In this document: in pieces, positions 38,592 through 47,288 of the stretch
Numbering within the stretch: position 1 is the first letter of the stretch
Layout: every line of letters starts with the position of its first letter
Origin: an uncultured Clostridia bacterium
GTDB lineage: Bacteria; Bacillota; Clostridia; Oscillospirales; CAG-272
DNA length: 64,000 nt
Assembly (NCBI GenBank): GCA_947631765.1
Contig: CANRMP010000013.1
Span: 141 to 64,140 of the forward strand
Direction: 5' to 3'
The notes under the pieces: generated by a model
Told to the model about the DNA's origin: nothing
The model's input: the letters and a program-made list of their open reading frames with translations, nothing else
Databases searched by the model: none
Position numbers and translations under genes: made by a program

Positions 38592-39824
38592 TTATTCTTC
38601 GGATTTTTCATTGGTCGCCTCCGCTTCTTCGGTCAGGTCGCTCCATTTGCTTTTGAAGTCCCCGGCCTCTGGCAGCGGCATTCCGCTTACCATCGCCTGC
38701 GCCGAGGACAGCTTTGAGGAATAGTCCAGATGCGCATAGATGTTGGCGGTGGTGCTGAAATCCGAATGACCGAGCCACTCCTGAATCTGCTTGAGGGGGA
38801 CGCCGTTAGCAAGCAAGAGGCTGGCGCAGCTGTGGCGGAGATCGTGAAAGCGCATTTTCCGCAGCCCGTGACGCTGAATGAACTGCGGAAAATAGGATGT
38901 TAAGTATCCGGGGCGCATCCGTTCTCCTAACTCGTCCACGAAAACATATCCGTCGTACTCGTAATTGTAGCAGTTCCCGCAGACCTTTTTGTTCAGCTCC
39001 TGCGCCTTTTTCACTTGCAGGAAGTATTCCCGAAAGCTGCCGACCAGCGGCAGGGTGCGCATACTGGATTTTGTTTTAGCTGATTCCTGCTCGATAATTT
39101 GCTCTCTCCCGTCCACTTGAACCGATGTTACGGTGCGCTTGATCGTGATAGCGCCTCGCTCAAAGTCGATAGCGTCCCATTTGAGACCGATCACTTCTCC
39201 ACGCCGCAGGCCGTAAAAGGCGGCTACCAGAACCGGCAGTTCCAGTTTGGTTCCCTTGATGACCGTGAACAGCTTTTGCAGCTCCGCCGCATCAAGAAAC
39301 ACCGGCTGAAAATCGTTCTTTTTCGGCCTGTCCACCTTCATTGCCACGTTCTGCGTTACCAGATCGGTTTTCAGTGCGTATTTCAGCGCCTGATGAATGA
39401 CGGCATGGTAGTGGATCACGGAGTTGGGCTTGACGGTTTTCAGCTTCTCCGTGTAGAATTGCTGAATGTGCCGAGCCTCCAAGCCCCGCAGAGTGTACCC
39501 TTTCTTGCGGAAATACGGTTCAATCGTGCGCTTGACCATGGATTCATACGATGAAAAGGTTGCGATTTTAATGCGCACCTTCACGATTTCCAGCCATTGC
39601 AGCAGATAATCCGCAAAGGGCATGTCCGAATTTAAGTCCTCCACCTCCTTCGGCGGCTCGTAAGTACTGCGGATGCGGGCAAGCTCCGCCTCCGCCTTTC
39701 GTTTGTTTCCCTTTTCGGGAAGTCCCGTCGAGATCCACGGCCTGTGCCGCTTGCCGTTGACGTCGACGTAGCTGAGTACCACGTAGTAGTACCCTTTTTT
39801 GGTTTCCAAGTGTCCTGATACCAT
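38592..39824 (-). CDS. int: Tyrosine-type site-specific integrase
   Basis: C-terminal catalytic pattern YGLRRGE..HDLRHSCASLLL..LGHSDFSTTANIYAHL and an N-terminal SAM-like domain. It is tRNA-adjacent. Confidence 0.9.
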   Translation of the reverse strand: MVSGHLETKKGYYYVVLSYVDVNGKRHRPWISTGLPEKGNKRKAEAELARIRSTYEPPKEVEDLNSDMPFADYLLQWLEIVKVRIKIATFSSYESMVKRTIEPYFRKKGYTLRGLEARHIQQFYTEKLKTVKPNSVIHYHAVIHQALKYALKTDLVTQNVAMKVDRPKKNDFQPVFLDAAELQKLFTVIKGTKLELPVLVAAFYGLRRGEVIGLKWDAIDFERGAITIKRTVTSVQVDGREQIIEQESAKTKSSMRTLPLVGSFREYFLQVKKAQELNKKVCGNCYNYEYDGYVFVDELGERMRPGYLTSYFPQFIQRHGLRKMRFHDLRHSCASLLLANGVPLKQIQEWLGHSDFSTTANIYAHLDYSSKLSSAQAMVSGMPLPEAGDFKSKWSDLTEEAEATNEKSEE

Positions 39825-39849
39825 TTTTAACTCCTGTTACAATATATTT

Positions 39850-41380
39850 GCCCCTTGATCATGGCAGCCGGCCATAGGCATGGGACATCTCGTTGCCTAA
39901 GCTGTTAGAATAGAGAGGTAATGGTCTGACATGTTCCTCCAAGGGCTTTAACGTCCGTAAGAAAGTCAGTCAGCCATCCTCCTATTCGCAGCGTTCGATT
40001 TGTGCAGGTAGAGCCATAGCGTTCGTGTCAGCAAACAGATAGAATCGGCAATGGGTAAGATGGCTTTTGTCCATTGCAAATTCCAATTAGGAGTGATGTT
40101 ATGAACGCAGCAGGCATTGATGTTTCCAGCAGGAAGAGCACAGTTGCGGTGCTACGACCCTTTGGCGAGGTCGTCCGTTTGCCATTTGATGTTGCCCACA
40201 ACACGGAAGGGTTGGCCTCTCTTGCCGAACAGTTGAATGGTCTTGACGGAGAAACCCGCGTTGTACTGGAGCACACAGGGCGCTATTATGAGTGCGTCGC
40301 CAAGATTCTCCACGAAGCAGGTCTCTACGTCAGCGCCGTGAATCCACTGCTCATCAAGGAGTACGGAGGCAATTCTCTGCGCAGAGTGAAGACTGACAAA
40401 GCCGACGCCATTAAGATTGCCCGCTATGCCCTTGACAACTGGGCGGATCTGCGGGATTATACCCCTATGGATACGATTCGTTATGATCTGAAAACCTTGA
40501 ACCGCCAATTTCAGCTTGCCTCTAAGCAGCGGACAGCCAACTCTAACAACCTGATCGCTCTTTTGGAGCAATCCTTCCCCGGCATTCGCAAGTGCTTTGA
40601 CAGCCCTGTGCGAAGCGATGGGACACAGAAATGGGTGGACTTCGCCCATGCCTTCTGGCATGTGGACTGTGTACGAAAACAGAGCCTCAACGCTTTCTCT
40701 GAGCGTTATCGGAAATGGTGCAAACGTCACGGCTACAATTTTAGCATCGACAAGGCCGAGGAAGTGTATTCCCTTGCCAAGAACGCCGTTGTACTTGTTT
40801 CCAAATCCGATGTAACAAAGGTGCTCGTACAGGAAGCGGCAAACCAACTCACCGGCATCTCACGCTCTGTGGAGACCTACCGTGCTGAAATGGAACGGCT
40901 TGCCTCTATGCTGCCGGAGTACCCTGTTGTTATGGAGATGTACGGCGTTGGAAAGTCCTTTGGACCGCAGCTCATGGCGGAGATTGGCGATGTGCGCCGC
41001 TTTGAACGTAAGCAGTCCCTCGTTGCCTTTGCCGGAATAGATCCCATGCCCAACCAGTCCGGGGACAAGAATGTCCGAAGCAACAAATCCTCCAAACGAG
41101 GGTCTCCATATCTCCGCAAAACGCTGTTCAATATTATGGGGATCTATCTCAAGTGTGCGCCCACCGACGAGCCGGTGTTCCAGTTCCTTGACCGCAAGCG
41201 CTCGGAGGGCAAACCCTTCTATGTCTACATGACTGCGGCCTCCAACAAGTTCCTGCGACGCTATTATGCAAAGGTAAGGGACTACCTCGCCACGTTGGAA
41301 AATTTGTGAAGTATCCTTCCTTGAGGTGGAAACATATTGTCCATACTCTAAAAGCATCTTATGACAGAAAGCGAGCGATT
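39850..41380 (+). mobile_element. IS110-family insertion sequence (boundaries approximate)
   Basis: An IS110 transposase gene preceded by about 260 nt of non-coding leader. IS110 elements lack conspicuous terminal inverted repeats, so the ends cannot be fixed by eye. Confidence 0.5.
40101..41309 (+). CDS. IS110-family transposase (DEDD/RuvC-like plus C-terminal Ser domain)
   Basis: The MNAAGIDVSSRKSTVAVL N-terminus, the HTGRYYE motif and the C-terminal YGVG..AGIDPMPNQSGD..SKRGSPYLRKTLF are typical of IS110 transposases. RBS AGGAG. Confidence 0.9.
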   Translation: MNAAGIDVSSRKSTVAVLRPFGEVVRLPFDVAHNTEGLASLAEQLNGLDGETRVVLEHTGRYYECVAKILHEAGLYVSAVNPLLIKEYGGNSLRRVKTDKADAIKIARYALDNWADLRDYTPMDTIRYDLKTLNRQFQLASKQRTANSNNLIALLEQSFPGIRKCFDSPVRSDGTQKWVDFAHAFWHVDCVRKQSLNAFSERYRKWCKRHGYNFSIDKAEEVYSLAKNAVVLVSKSDVTKVLVQEAANQLTGISRSVETYRAEMERLASMLPEYPVVMEMYGVGKSFGPQLMAEIGDVRRFERKQSLVAFAGIDPMPNQSGDKNVRSNKSSKRGSPYLRKTLFNIMGIYLKCAPTDEPVFQFLDRKRSEGKPFYVYMTAASNKFLRRYYAKVRDYLATLENL

Positions 41381-41383
41381 AAG

Positions 41384-41803
41384 ATGTTTTTGGACAATCT
41401 ATCCGCCTCCGTTCTCCAGCTATGCGACGTCCGTAAACTCAGCTATGAATCCGCCTCCGAACAATGCCATCTCAGTTCCCGGTATTTTGGCGATATCGCT
41501 AGAGGCAAGACTGCACCCACAGTTCTCACCCTGGAAAAGCTCTGTGTCGGTTTTGAGCTGACGCCCAATGATCTGCTCATTCCTTCACCCGCATGGAGGG
41601 AGATTGCCTTTCGCTCTCCTATGCCTGTGACGCAGATCCGCTGCTTCCGTTATTCTTATCCCTATGGCCACACCGGCTTTCCTGTTTGCCCTCGGTGCGG
41701 GATCACCATGGAACGGGAATACCAAGCCTACTGCGACCGCTGCGGCCAATGTCTGAACTGGAAGGACTTCCCCAAAGTGGCCGTCATCTTCCCGGAAAAA
41801 TGA
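41384..41803 (+). CDS. XRE-family HTH protein with a C-terminal Cys4 zinc ribbon
   Basis: The HTH region is LSYESASEQCHLSSRYFGDIARGKTAPTVLTLEKLC. The C-terminus has CPRCG..CDRCGQC. Start set at ATG 41384, since the ORF-track GTG at 41306 overlaps the IS. Confidence 0.6.
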   Translation: MFLDNLSASVLQLCDVRKLSYESASEQCHLSSRYFGDIARGKTAPTVLTLEKLCVGFELTPNDLLIPSPAWREIAFRSPMPVTQIRCFRYSYPYGHTGFPVCPRCGITMEREYQAYCDRCGQCLNWKDFPKVAVIFPEK

Positions 41804-42033
41804 ATCCAATTACATACCTTCCTCACGGTCAGTCGACGTTTGCCGCTGGCCGCCTTTGTCTTGTCAATTTTCCACTCTGTAAATTTTCTTCATTTCCCTA
41901 TTGACTTTTTATTTGCAGGCTTTCTTTTCTTCGGCAAACAGGACAGCTCACACCGACAAGGACAGTATACCTTGCCGGTGTGGGTCCTGCCACTGTGCGA
42001 TTTTGTCTTTTGAAAACGCCGCTCGGCTCGAAT

Positions 42034-42948
42034 TTACCGGGCGTCCCGGTTTCGCTCCCGCTGGCGCTTTAAGAGCTCCAAGCCCTTCAGAATGTCCCGC
42101 TTGATCTGCTCATCGGTGTACCGAGGAGGAAAAAATTCTTTGAAATCCTCCCGCCGGAAGCGCAGCTGCTCCGCCTGATTCGGCTTCTCCTCGCTCATCA
42201 CGTCGTAAATGTCTTGCTCGCCGAGAACGCCCTCCTGCGCCATTTTCTTGAGGCGGATCGCCTGTGCGTGGGAAGGCGTGCAGTCATTCATGGTCATGGC
42301 GTCCAGCAGTGTCTTCTGCTCCGCCGGTTCCAGATAGGAAAGCTCCACGGCGGGGTTGAAGGCGATTTTCCCATCATCTACCATGGAAAGCAGTTCGGGA
42401 ATCAGGTGCGTCAGGCGGATATAACGCTGAATTTGCCTTCCGCTATCGGGAGCATCTTCTGCCATAATTTCCCTTGACCACTTCTGGCCAACTTGTCCAG
42501 AAGCAATACCTTGATGATTCATCGCCTCTAACTTCATCTTGTAGGCAAACGCCTTTTCGCTGGGCAGGATGTGTTCCCGCTGCAAATTGGCGTCCACCAT
42601 AGCGATCACCGCTTCATCGTCTGTCATCTCCCGGACGATCACCGGCATAGTTTTCATTCCGAGCGCCTGACACGCCGCCAGCCGCCGATGCCCGGAAACA
42701 AGCTCGTACCCGCCCTCCGGCAACGGTCTCGCCAACCCCGGAGTCAGCGTTCCGAAGCGCCGGATGCTCTCGATCATGCGCTCCATCTCCTCGCCGCTTT
42801 GTACCTTGAACGGGTGATCTTTGAAGGGGTGCAGTTCCTCAAGCGGAATCTCTTTTACCCTTTCGAGCTTTGCATCGTCCCGCTCCTCTTGCGTGGAAAA
42901 TAAATCGTCCAAGGTCGGTAAAGTAAAATCGGATTTTCTCTTTGTCAT
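42034..42948 (-). CDS. ParB/Spo0J-like N-terminal-domain protein (MGE type)
   Basis: The ParB box LVSGHRRLAACQALGMKTMPVIVREM, followed by HTH-like IQRYIRLTHLIPELL. Confidence 0.8.
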   Translation of the reverse strand: MTKRKSDFTLPTLDDLFSTQEERDDAKLERVKEIPLEELHPFKDHPFKVQSGEEMERMIESIRRFGTLTPGLARPLPEGGYELVSGHRRLAACQALGMKTMPVIVREMTDDEAVIAMVDANLQREHILPSEKAFAYKMKLEAMNHQGIASGQVGQKWSREIMAEDAPDSGRQIQRYIRLTHLIPELLSMVDDGKIAFNPAVELSYLEPAEQKTLLDAMTMNDCTPSHAQAIRLKKMAQEGVLGEQDIYDVMSEEKPNQAEQLRFRREDFKEFFPPRYTDEQIKRDILKGLELLKRQRERNRDAR

Positions 42949-44333
42949 CGTTCGTAATCTCTCTTTCTTTGATTTTTGGGAGCGTAAATTTCCTGCCGCA
43001 TTCGCTCCTCGATGCGGATGTTTTCTTTGATTTTGGGGTTGTCTTCAATCAGCCGCCCGGCGGTCTTGACGTCCCTTCGAAGCTCCGCAAGAACGGCGGT
43101 GCAGTTGTTCCGTTTGGAAACAAGCGCCGCCTTTTCCTCCGGGTCACGGCACCGGTCGATCTTCCGATAGAGGGTCTTTCGGTAGTCGGTCAGGAGCTTG
43201 ATTTCTTCCTCGCTTTTCCCGATGAACGCCTCTACGGAAGAAAGGTCGTGCAGCTTGTGCTTGGCAATCAGCTGCACTTGCTGGGAATATCGGTCGAGAA
43301 ATCGCCACGCTTCCCGCATCTCCGGAGAGAGCGGCCGGTGTGGCTTGTTCTTCGGAATCACGCCCAAAAGGTAGCAGTAACGCAGGTACAGCGCCCGCAG
43401 ACCAGTTACCTTTTTCGCCGTTTTCAGATTTCCTTTTAGCGGAAACTGTCGCCGTTGAATCGTCATACCGAAGTCCTTTTTCCCGGTAAAATCCCCGTAC
43501 AAGCGGTACGCCTCCTGCCAGTTGTTCCGCTGATTCTCCAGCATTTTGGCATACAACGATTCCCGGTCATAGGCTTCTCCGAGTCGGTATAATCGGGTGG
43601 CTTTTTGACTGTTCACCGAGCGGATCGTGGCGTATTTGTGGTAGGGATTCAGGTCGATCACATATCCCAAGCGCCGCATCACATAGCAAAAGGTCTTCTC
43701 GTTGGTGCTCATGGTCAGCGCCTTTTCGATGGCTTCCCGCATCAGGTTGTACCGGGTCGGCTCGCCGTTTTTCTCGGCAAAGTAAAGCTTGCGGGGCGTC
43801 TTTCCCTTGGGATTTTTCAACACTGTCAGCCCGTGTTCGGCGCATAATTCATCGGAAAGGCTGCGGAACTTCCAGTAAGCGCCTTCGTTACAGTTGAACT
43901 TGTTGCCGTCCCACATTCCCACCGCATTCACCACAAAATGGTTGTGGTAGGTACCGGTGTTGAAGTGGGTGGCGACCAACACCTGATACCGGTCGCTCCA
44001 CATTCTCTGCGCCAACTCCACGCCGATCTGGTGGGCAAGCTGCGGGGAAACCTCGCCAGTTTTGAAGCTCTGGTAGGCGTGATAGGCGACGTTGCCGGTG
44101 GTCTTTCCGAAGCGTTCCTGCACGGCGATCATCTCCTCCGCCGCCGTTTCCGCCCGGCAATTTACCCCGGTGACGTACATGGTTTTTTCGTCCCCGATGA
44201 CGGTTTTCTCATCGTTTTCGGCGTAGTGAAGGACGTTTTTCATCTCTGAAAATTCCGTCTTCTCGGGATTTCTTGCATACCCGACCACCCGCCCGATGCT
44301 GTCCTTCACCAGCCAGATTTTCGTCACTGCCAC
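42945..44333 (-). CDS. Relaxase/mobilisation nuclease (MobA/VirD2 family)
   Basis: N-terminal GYARNPEKT, HAYQSF and the His triad HFNTGTYHNHFVVN. It overlaps both flanking genes by 4-10 nt. Confidence 0.85.
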   Translation of the reverse strand: MAVTKIWLVKDSIGRVVGYARNPEKTEFSEMKNVLHYAENDEKTVIGDEKTMYVTGVNCRAETAAEEMIAVQERFGKTTGNVAYHAYQSFKTGEVSPQLAHQIGVELAQRMWSDRYQVLVATHFNTGTYHNHFVVNAVGMWDGNKFNCNEGAYWKFRSLSDELCAEHGLTVLKNPKGKTPRKLYFAEKNGEPTRYNLMREAIEKALTMSTNEKTFCYVMRRLGYVIDLNPYHKYATIRSVNSQKATRLYRLGEAYDRESLYAKMLENQRNNWQEAYRLYGDFTGKKDFGMTIQRRQFPLKGNLKTAKKVTGLRALYLRYCYLLGVIPKNKPHRPLSPEMREAWRFLDRYSQQVQLIAKHKLHDLSSVEAFIGKSEEEIKLLTDYRKTLYRKIDRCRDPEEKAALVSKRNNCTAVLAELRRDVKTAGRLIEDNPKIKENIRIEERMRQEIYAPKNQRKRDYER

Positions 44334-44650
44334 GGCATATCACCTGTCTTTCGGGAGCCTTCTTCGCCGCCGTTTATGTTGTGATACGCTTCCAAAAGCA
44401 AGCGAACGGACTCCTCCAAGGCACGGTCGATCTCCGCTTCCCGCATCGTTTTTCGCCGGTCTTTCAGCAGTAGTAAGAGCCGATACGCCTCGTAAAAGCT
44501 TTGCGGAGAGGCCGCCCGAACCTCCTTTCCGAGTCCCACTTTCCGCAGATATTCGGAAAGGGAAAGACCGCAATAGCGGGCGGACTTCTCCAACTTTTTC
44601 TTTTCGTTTTCGGTCACACGAAGGTTAATGGCTGTCTTTCTTAATCTCAT
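44324..44650 (-). CDS. mobC: MobC-family relaxosome accessory protein
   Basis: MRLRKTAINLRVTENEKKKLEKSARYCGLSLSEYLRKVGLG is the MobC/RHH pattern. Start moved to ATG 44650. Confidence 0.8.
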   Translation of the reverse strand: MRLRKTAINLRVTENEKKKLEKSARYCGLSLSEYLRKVGLGKEVRAASPQSFYEAYRLLLLLKDRRKTMREAEIDRALEESVRLLLEAYHNINGGEEGSRKTGDMPWQ

Positions 44651-44823
44651 AATCAATACTTCCTTTCTCATTTGGTGGGGTAACAGGGGGCATCCCCCTT
44701 TCGGCATCCTACCGCCGGTTTTGTGGGCAACACAAAGCCTATGCTCGCTGCTCCGTCTTCTTGGCATTACATATATCCATCTTTTTCAAAATGACGGTTG
44801 TGACGGCGGTGACGGCTCTTTCG

Positions 44824-45840
44824 CTATATAGCACTTTTGCCGTCATCGGTGTCATTGCCGTCACTCGTTCTGAACTGCATCAAGCGACTCGCACCCGTCC
44901 GTTTGGTCTTGTACTCAATGCCCGCCGGCGTAAGTACTTCCCCGGCAAATCGCCCGAGCATCTTCGTAACGAGGTTGGGCGGCGTTTCTGTCTCTTTCAT
45001 CTCTGATAGCAGACCAGTCGCCGTTCCCGTCCATACTGACTTGTCCTTTAGGAACTCCACGAGCCGAAAAAGGAACGGTGGGATTTCCTCCCGATGCAGG
45101 GCTGCGCTGTCCTTGTGCTCCACGAGCTGCCAGATGTTATCCTCGAACCGCAGAGTGAACTGCTGATATTCGACGTCCCTGCCGCTGACAAGGAGCGTCG
45201 CCGTGTCCTCGTCCCGCTTGCGTTTCAGAATGATGTTCGTGTCCGCTGCGCCGGTGATCCCGGTGGAACCGGATACCTCGTTGAATGGGTCGCTGGCATC
45301 CTTCATCTTCCGCAGGTGATGCACCAGAACCACGGCGATGCGGCGGCGGTCGGCAATGGATTTTACCGCCGAGATGTCGTCGTAGTCGCTGGCGTACATA
45401 CCGTTTTTTCCTGCGGTGCTCTGGGTGTTGCGTACCTTCTGGAGCGTGTCGATGATGACAAGCCTCGTGTTCGGAAAGTCATTCAGCGCCGCTTCGATCT
45501 GTTCCTCCAAGCCGCAGCCCAGCTTGCCGCAGACGGTCGCAAAGCGCAGACCAGGCGGCGCTTCATCGGTTAGCTTGTAGAGCCGCTCCTGGATCCGCAC
45601 TCGGGTATCCTCCAAGCAAAGATAGAGGACATCGCATTGGTGCGTCGGCAAATCCCATAGGGGTTTGCCCTCTGCTACCCGCAGACCGAGCCACAGCATG
45701 AGCCAGCTTTTTCCGATCTTGCCGGAGCCGCACAGCATACTCACGCCCTGCGGGATCAGGCCGTCCACAATGAACAGCGTCTTTTCCATCGGGGTGGAGA
45801 GCAGCGTATCGGCGTCCACGAGTTGTAATTTTTGAGACAT
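44824..45840 (-). CDS. RecA-fold AAA ATPase (AAA_25/RepA-like, putative element replication helicase)
   Basis: Walker A CGSGKIGKSWL and Walker B LVIIDTLQ. Shows the RepA-like architecture common next to MGE origins. Confidence 0.7.
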   Translation of the reverse strand: MSQKLQLVDADTLLSTPMEKTLFIVDGLIPQGVSMLCGSGKIGKSWLMLWLGLRVAEGKPLWDLPTHQCDVLYLCLEDTRVRIQERLYKLTDEAPPGLRFATVCGKLGCGLEEQIEAALNDFPNTRLVIIDTLQKVRNTQSTAGKNGMYASDYDDISAVKSIADRRRIAVVLVHHLRKMKDASDPFNEVSGSTGITGAADTNIILKRKRDEDTATLLVSGRDVEYQQFTLRFEDNIWQLVEHKDSAALHREEIPPFLFRLVEFLKDKSVWTGTATGLLSEMKETETPPNLVTKMLGRFAGEVLTPAGIEYKTKRTGASRLMQFRTSDGNDTDDGKSAI

Positions 45841-46071
45841 TCAATTCACTTCCTTTCTTCCGTCCTCAGAGAGAACATAGTTGATGACGTTGACCTTCGG
45901 CACACGGAAGGCGTTCCCGATCTTCACGCCGGGGATATATCCGTCTCCGATGAGCCGGTAGGCCAGCGGTCTGCTGATGCCCAGCATCGCTTGCAGCTGG
46001 GCGACGGTCAAGATGTCCGGGTATTCCGGGAACATCAGCTTGTAAAGCTCTTTGAGCTCTGTTTTTTTCAT
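45841..46071 (-). CDS. Excisionase-family (HTH_17/MerR-like) DNA-binding protein
   Basis: ILTVAQLQAMLGISRPLAYRLIGDGYIPGVKIGNAFRVPK. Start at ATG 46071, behind the AAGGAGG RBS. Confidence 0.7.
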   Translation of the reverse strand: MKKTELKELYKLMFPEYPDILTVAQLQAMLGISRPLAYRLIGDGYIPGVKIGNAFRVPKVNVINYVLSEDGRKEVN

Positions 46072-46276
46072 AGCGTTCAACCTCCTTTACTGCTATGTAT
46101 CGGGGCAGCCGCCGTAAGGAGGCGACGCTGACGGCGGCTACCCTTGCCGTTTCACCCGACTGTCGTTTTTATATCCCTGCCCCGGAGTCTCACCGCAGCG
46201 TCGCTGCGCTCGCTTCCTTTCGGAAGGTCGTCGCACGGTCATATCCCAATCGGACGGCTATTCAGTTTTCAAAGGT

Positions 46277-46738
46277 CACGAGAGAAACCTCCCCTCACAG
46301 ATTTGGAAAAGGAAGCGGTTTTGCACCCCCCTGTTCGGAAAAAGTTCTTTCACTTGTTCCGACTGGGAAGGGTCAAAACTAACCCCCTGCGGAAAGATTT
46401 TTCAAAAAGTTCTCTCACTTATTTGGACAAAGGGTATCGAAATGGACACCCATTTTTGCGCCCGTGAGAAAAATCCCTCCACTTGTTCCGACTGGGAGAG
46501 GTCGATATTCAACCGCTTTTTGAAAAAATTATTCGTTTTTTTAGAAAGGGCACCGATTTCATTTCCGCTTTTACTGCTGTGAGAAAAAGTCCTCTCACTT
46601 GTTCCGACTGGGAGAGGCCATTTTCCAACCCTCCTTGCAAAAAAAATTTTTTGCCTCCCACTAATTCGCACTGGGAAGGGGTCAACCACAAGTCATTTTT
46701 GAAAAATTTCTCTCATTATGTCTGGACAACGGACGGCG
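46277..46738. repeat. Array of about seven degenerate direct repeats of about 38 bp (iteron-like)
   Basis: Copies lie at about 46277, 46338, 46403, 46466, 46580, 46643 and 46701. The best copies read GAGAAAAAGTCCTCTCACTTGTTCCGACTGGGAGAGG. All have the same orientation and the spacing is irregular (about 60-115 bp). Confidence 0.65.
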
Positions 46739-46768
46739 TTTTTTAAGTCTACCGGCAGATGTTTTTCT

Positions 46769-46960
46769 GAATTTGGGCAAAAAAATAGAGCGCCCGATGT
46801 TACTCGGAGGCTCTGTCGTTGCACGATTGCGCATAATCGTAAAAAACTTTGAAATATCACAGATTGTCTTGAAAATAGGATGATTTTGTGCTATACTATT
46901 AAATGGATTTGTGTAAGTACGCCCCTGCCGGGAGAAAGGACAAAAAATATGGCAGTATCC
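46769..46960 (+). repeat. Direct repeat copy 1 (about 190 bp), left bracket of the defence cassette
   Basis: Aligns by eye with 63733-63917. The 39-nt core 46821-46859 is identical to 63781-63819. It contains a promoter, an RBS and the first four codons (ATGGCAGTATCC). Confidence 0.8.
46869..46897 (+). promoter_or_regulatory. Sigma-A-type promoter inside the direct repeat
   Basis: TTGAAA (46869-46874), 17-nt spacer ending in TGC, TATACT (46892-46897). The same element is present in copy 2. Confidence 0.55.
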
Positions 46961-47161
46961 TATAAGAAATTATGGCACTTACTTTTGGATCGGGATATGA
47001 AAAAGAAAGATTTGCAACAGGCGGCGGGCTTAACTGCCTATGCGATCAATAAGCTGAGCAGAAACGAAGCGGTTACTACCGATACGCTCGCAAAAATATG
47101 CAGAAGTCTTGATTGTACGGTAGATGACATTATGGAAATTCTGCCGGAAGATATAGAATAA
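46949..47161 (+). CDS. Small XRE-family HTH regulator (70 aa)
   Basis: MAVSYKKLWHLLLDRDMKKKDLQQAAGLTAYAINKLSRNEAVTTDTLAKICRSLDCTVDDIMEILPE is a one-domain HTH_26/XRE type. Start at ATG 46949, behind the GGAGAAAGGA RBS. Confidence 0.75.
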   Translation: MAVSYKKLWHLLLDRDMKKKDLQQAAGLTAYAINKLSRNEAVTTDTLAKICRSLDCTVDDIMEILPEDIE

Positions 47162-47288
47162 GTCCATTTTGAAGAGTGAGTTTGACATTTATTTGTCTTT
47201 CTCAAAGCCGGATTATATGGATAAAAAAGAAAATGTAATGTTCCTTTCATATAATACGATGTTATAAACACAACCAATATTCAACAGA

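Noticed and set aside
38203-38717. 103-aa and 157-aa ORFs across the tRNA-Ser repeat zone
   Set aside because: They read through tRNA sequence and its duplicated halves. The repeated peptide GELSEWSKVQHSK is simply translated tRNA.
41949-41982. Imperfect 13-bp hairpin downstream of the parB-like gene as oriT
   Set aside because: It has one mismatch and no recognisable nic-site consensus. It may just be a terminator, and the evidence is insufficient to annotate oriT.
46095-46746. The ORFs of 95, 107, 95, 87 and 60 aa in the repeat array, and the idea that the array is a CRISPR locus
   Set aside because: The ORFs are artefacts of the repeated DNA. The repeats are degenerate, irregularly spaced and not flanked by cas genes or a leader, so it is not a CRISPR array.
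47217-47267. 16-codon mini-ORF (MDKKENVMFLSYNTML) between the HTH gene and the 840-aa ORF as a leader peptide
   Set aside because: It has no RBS and no attenuator-like alternative structures, and it is too short to evaluate.
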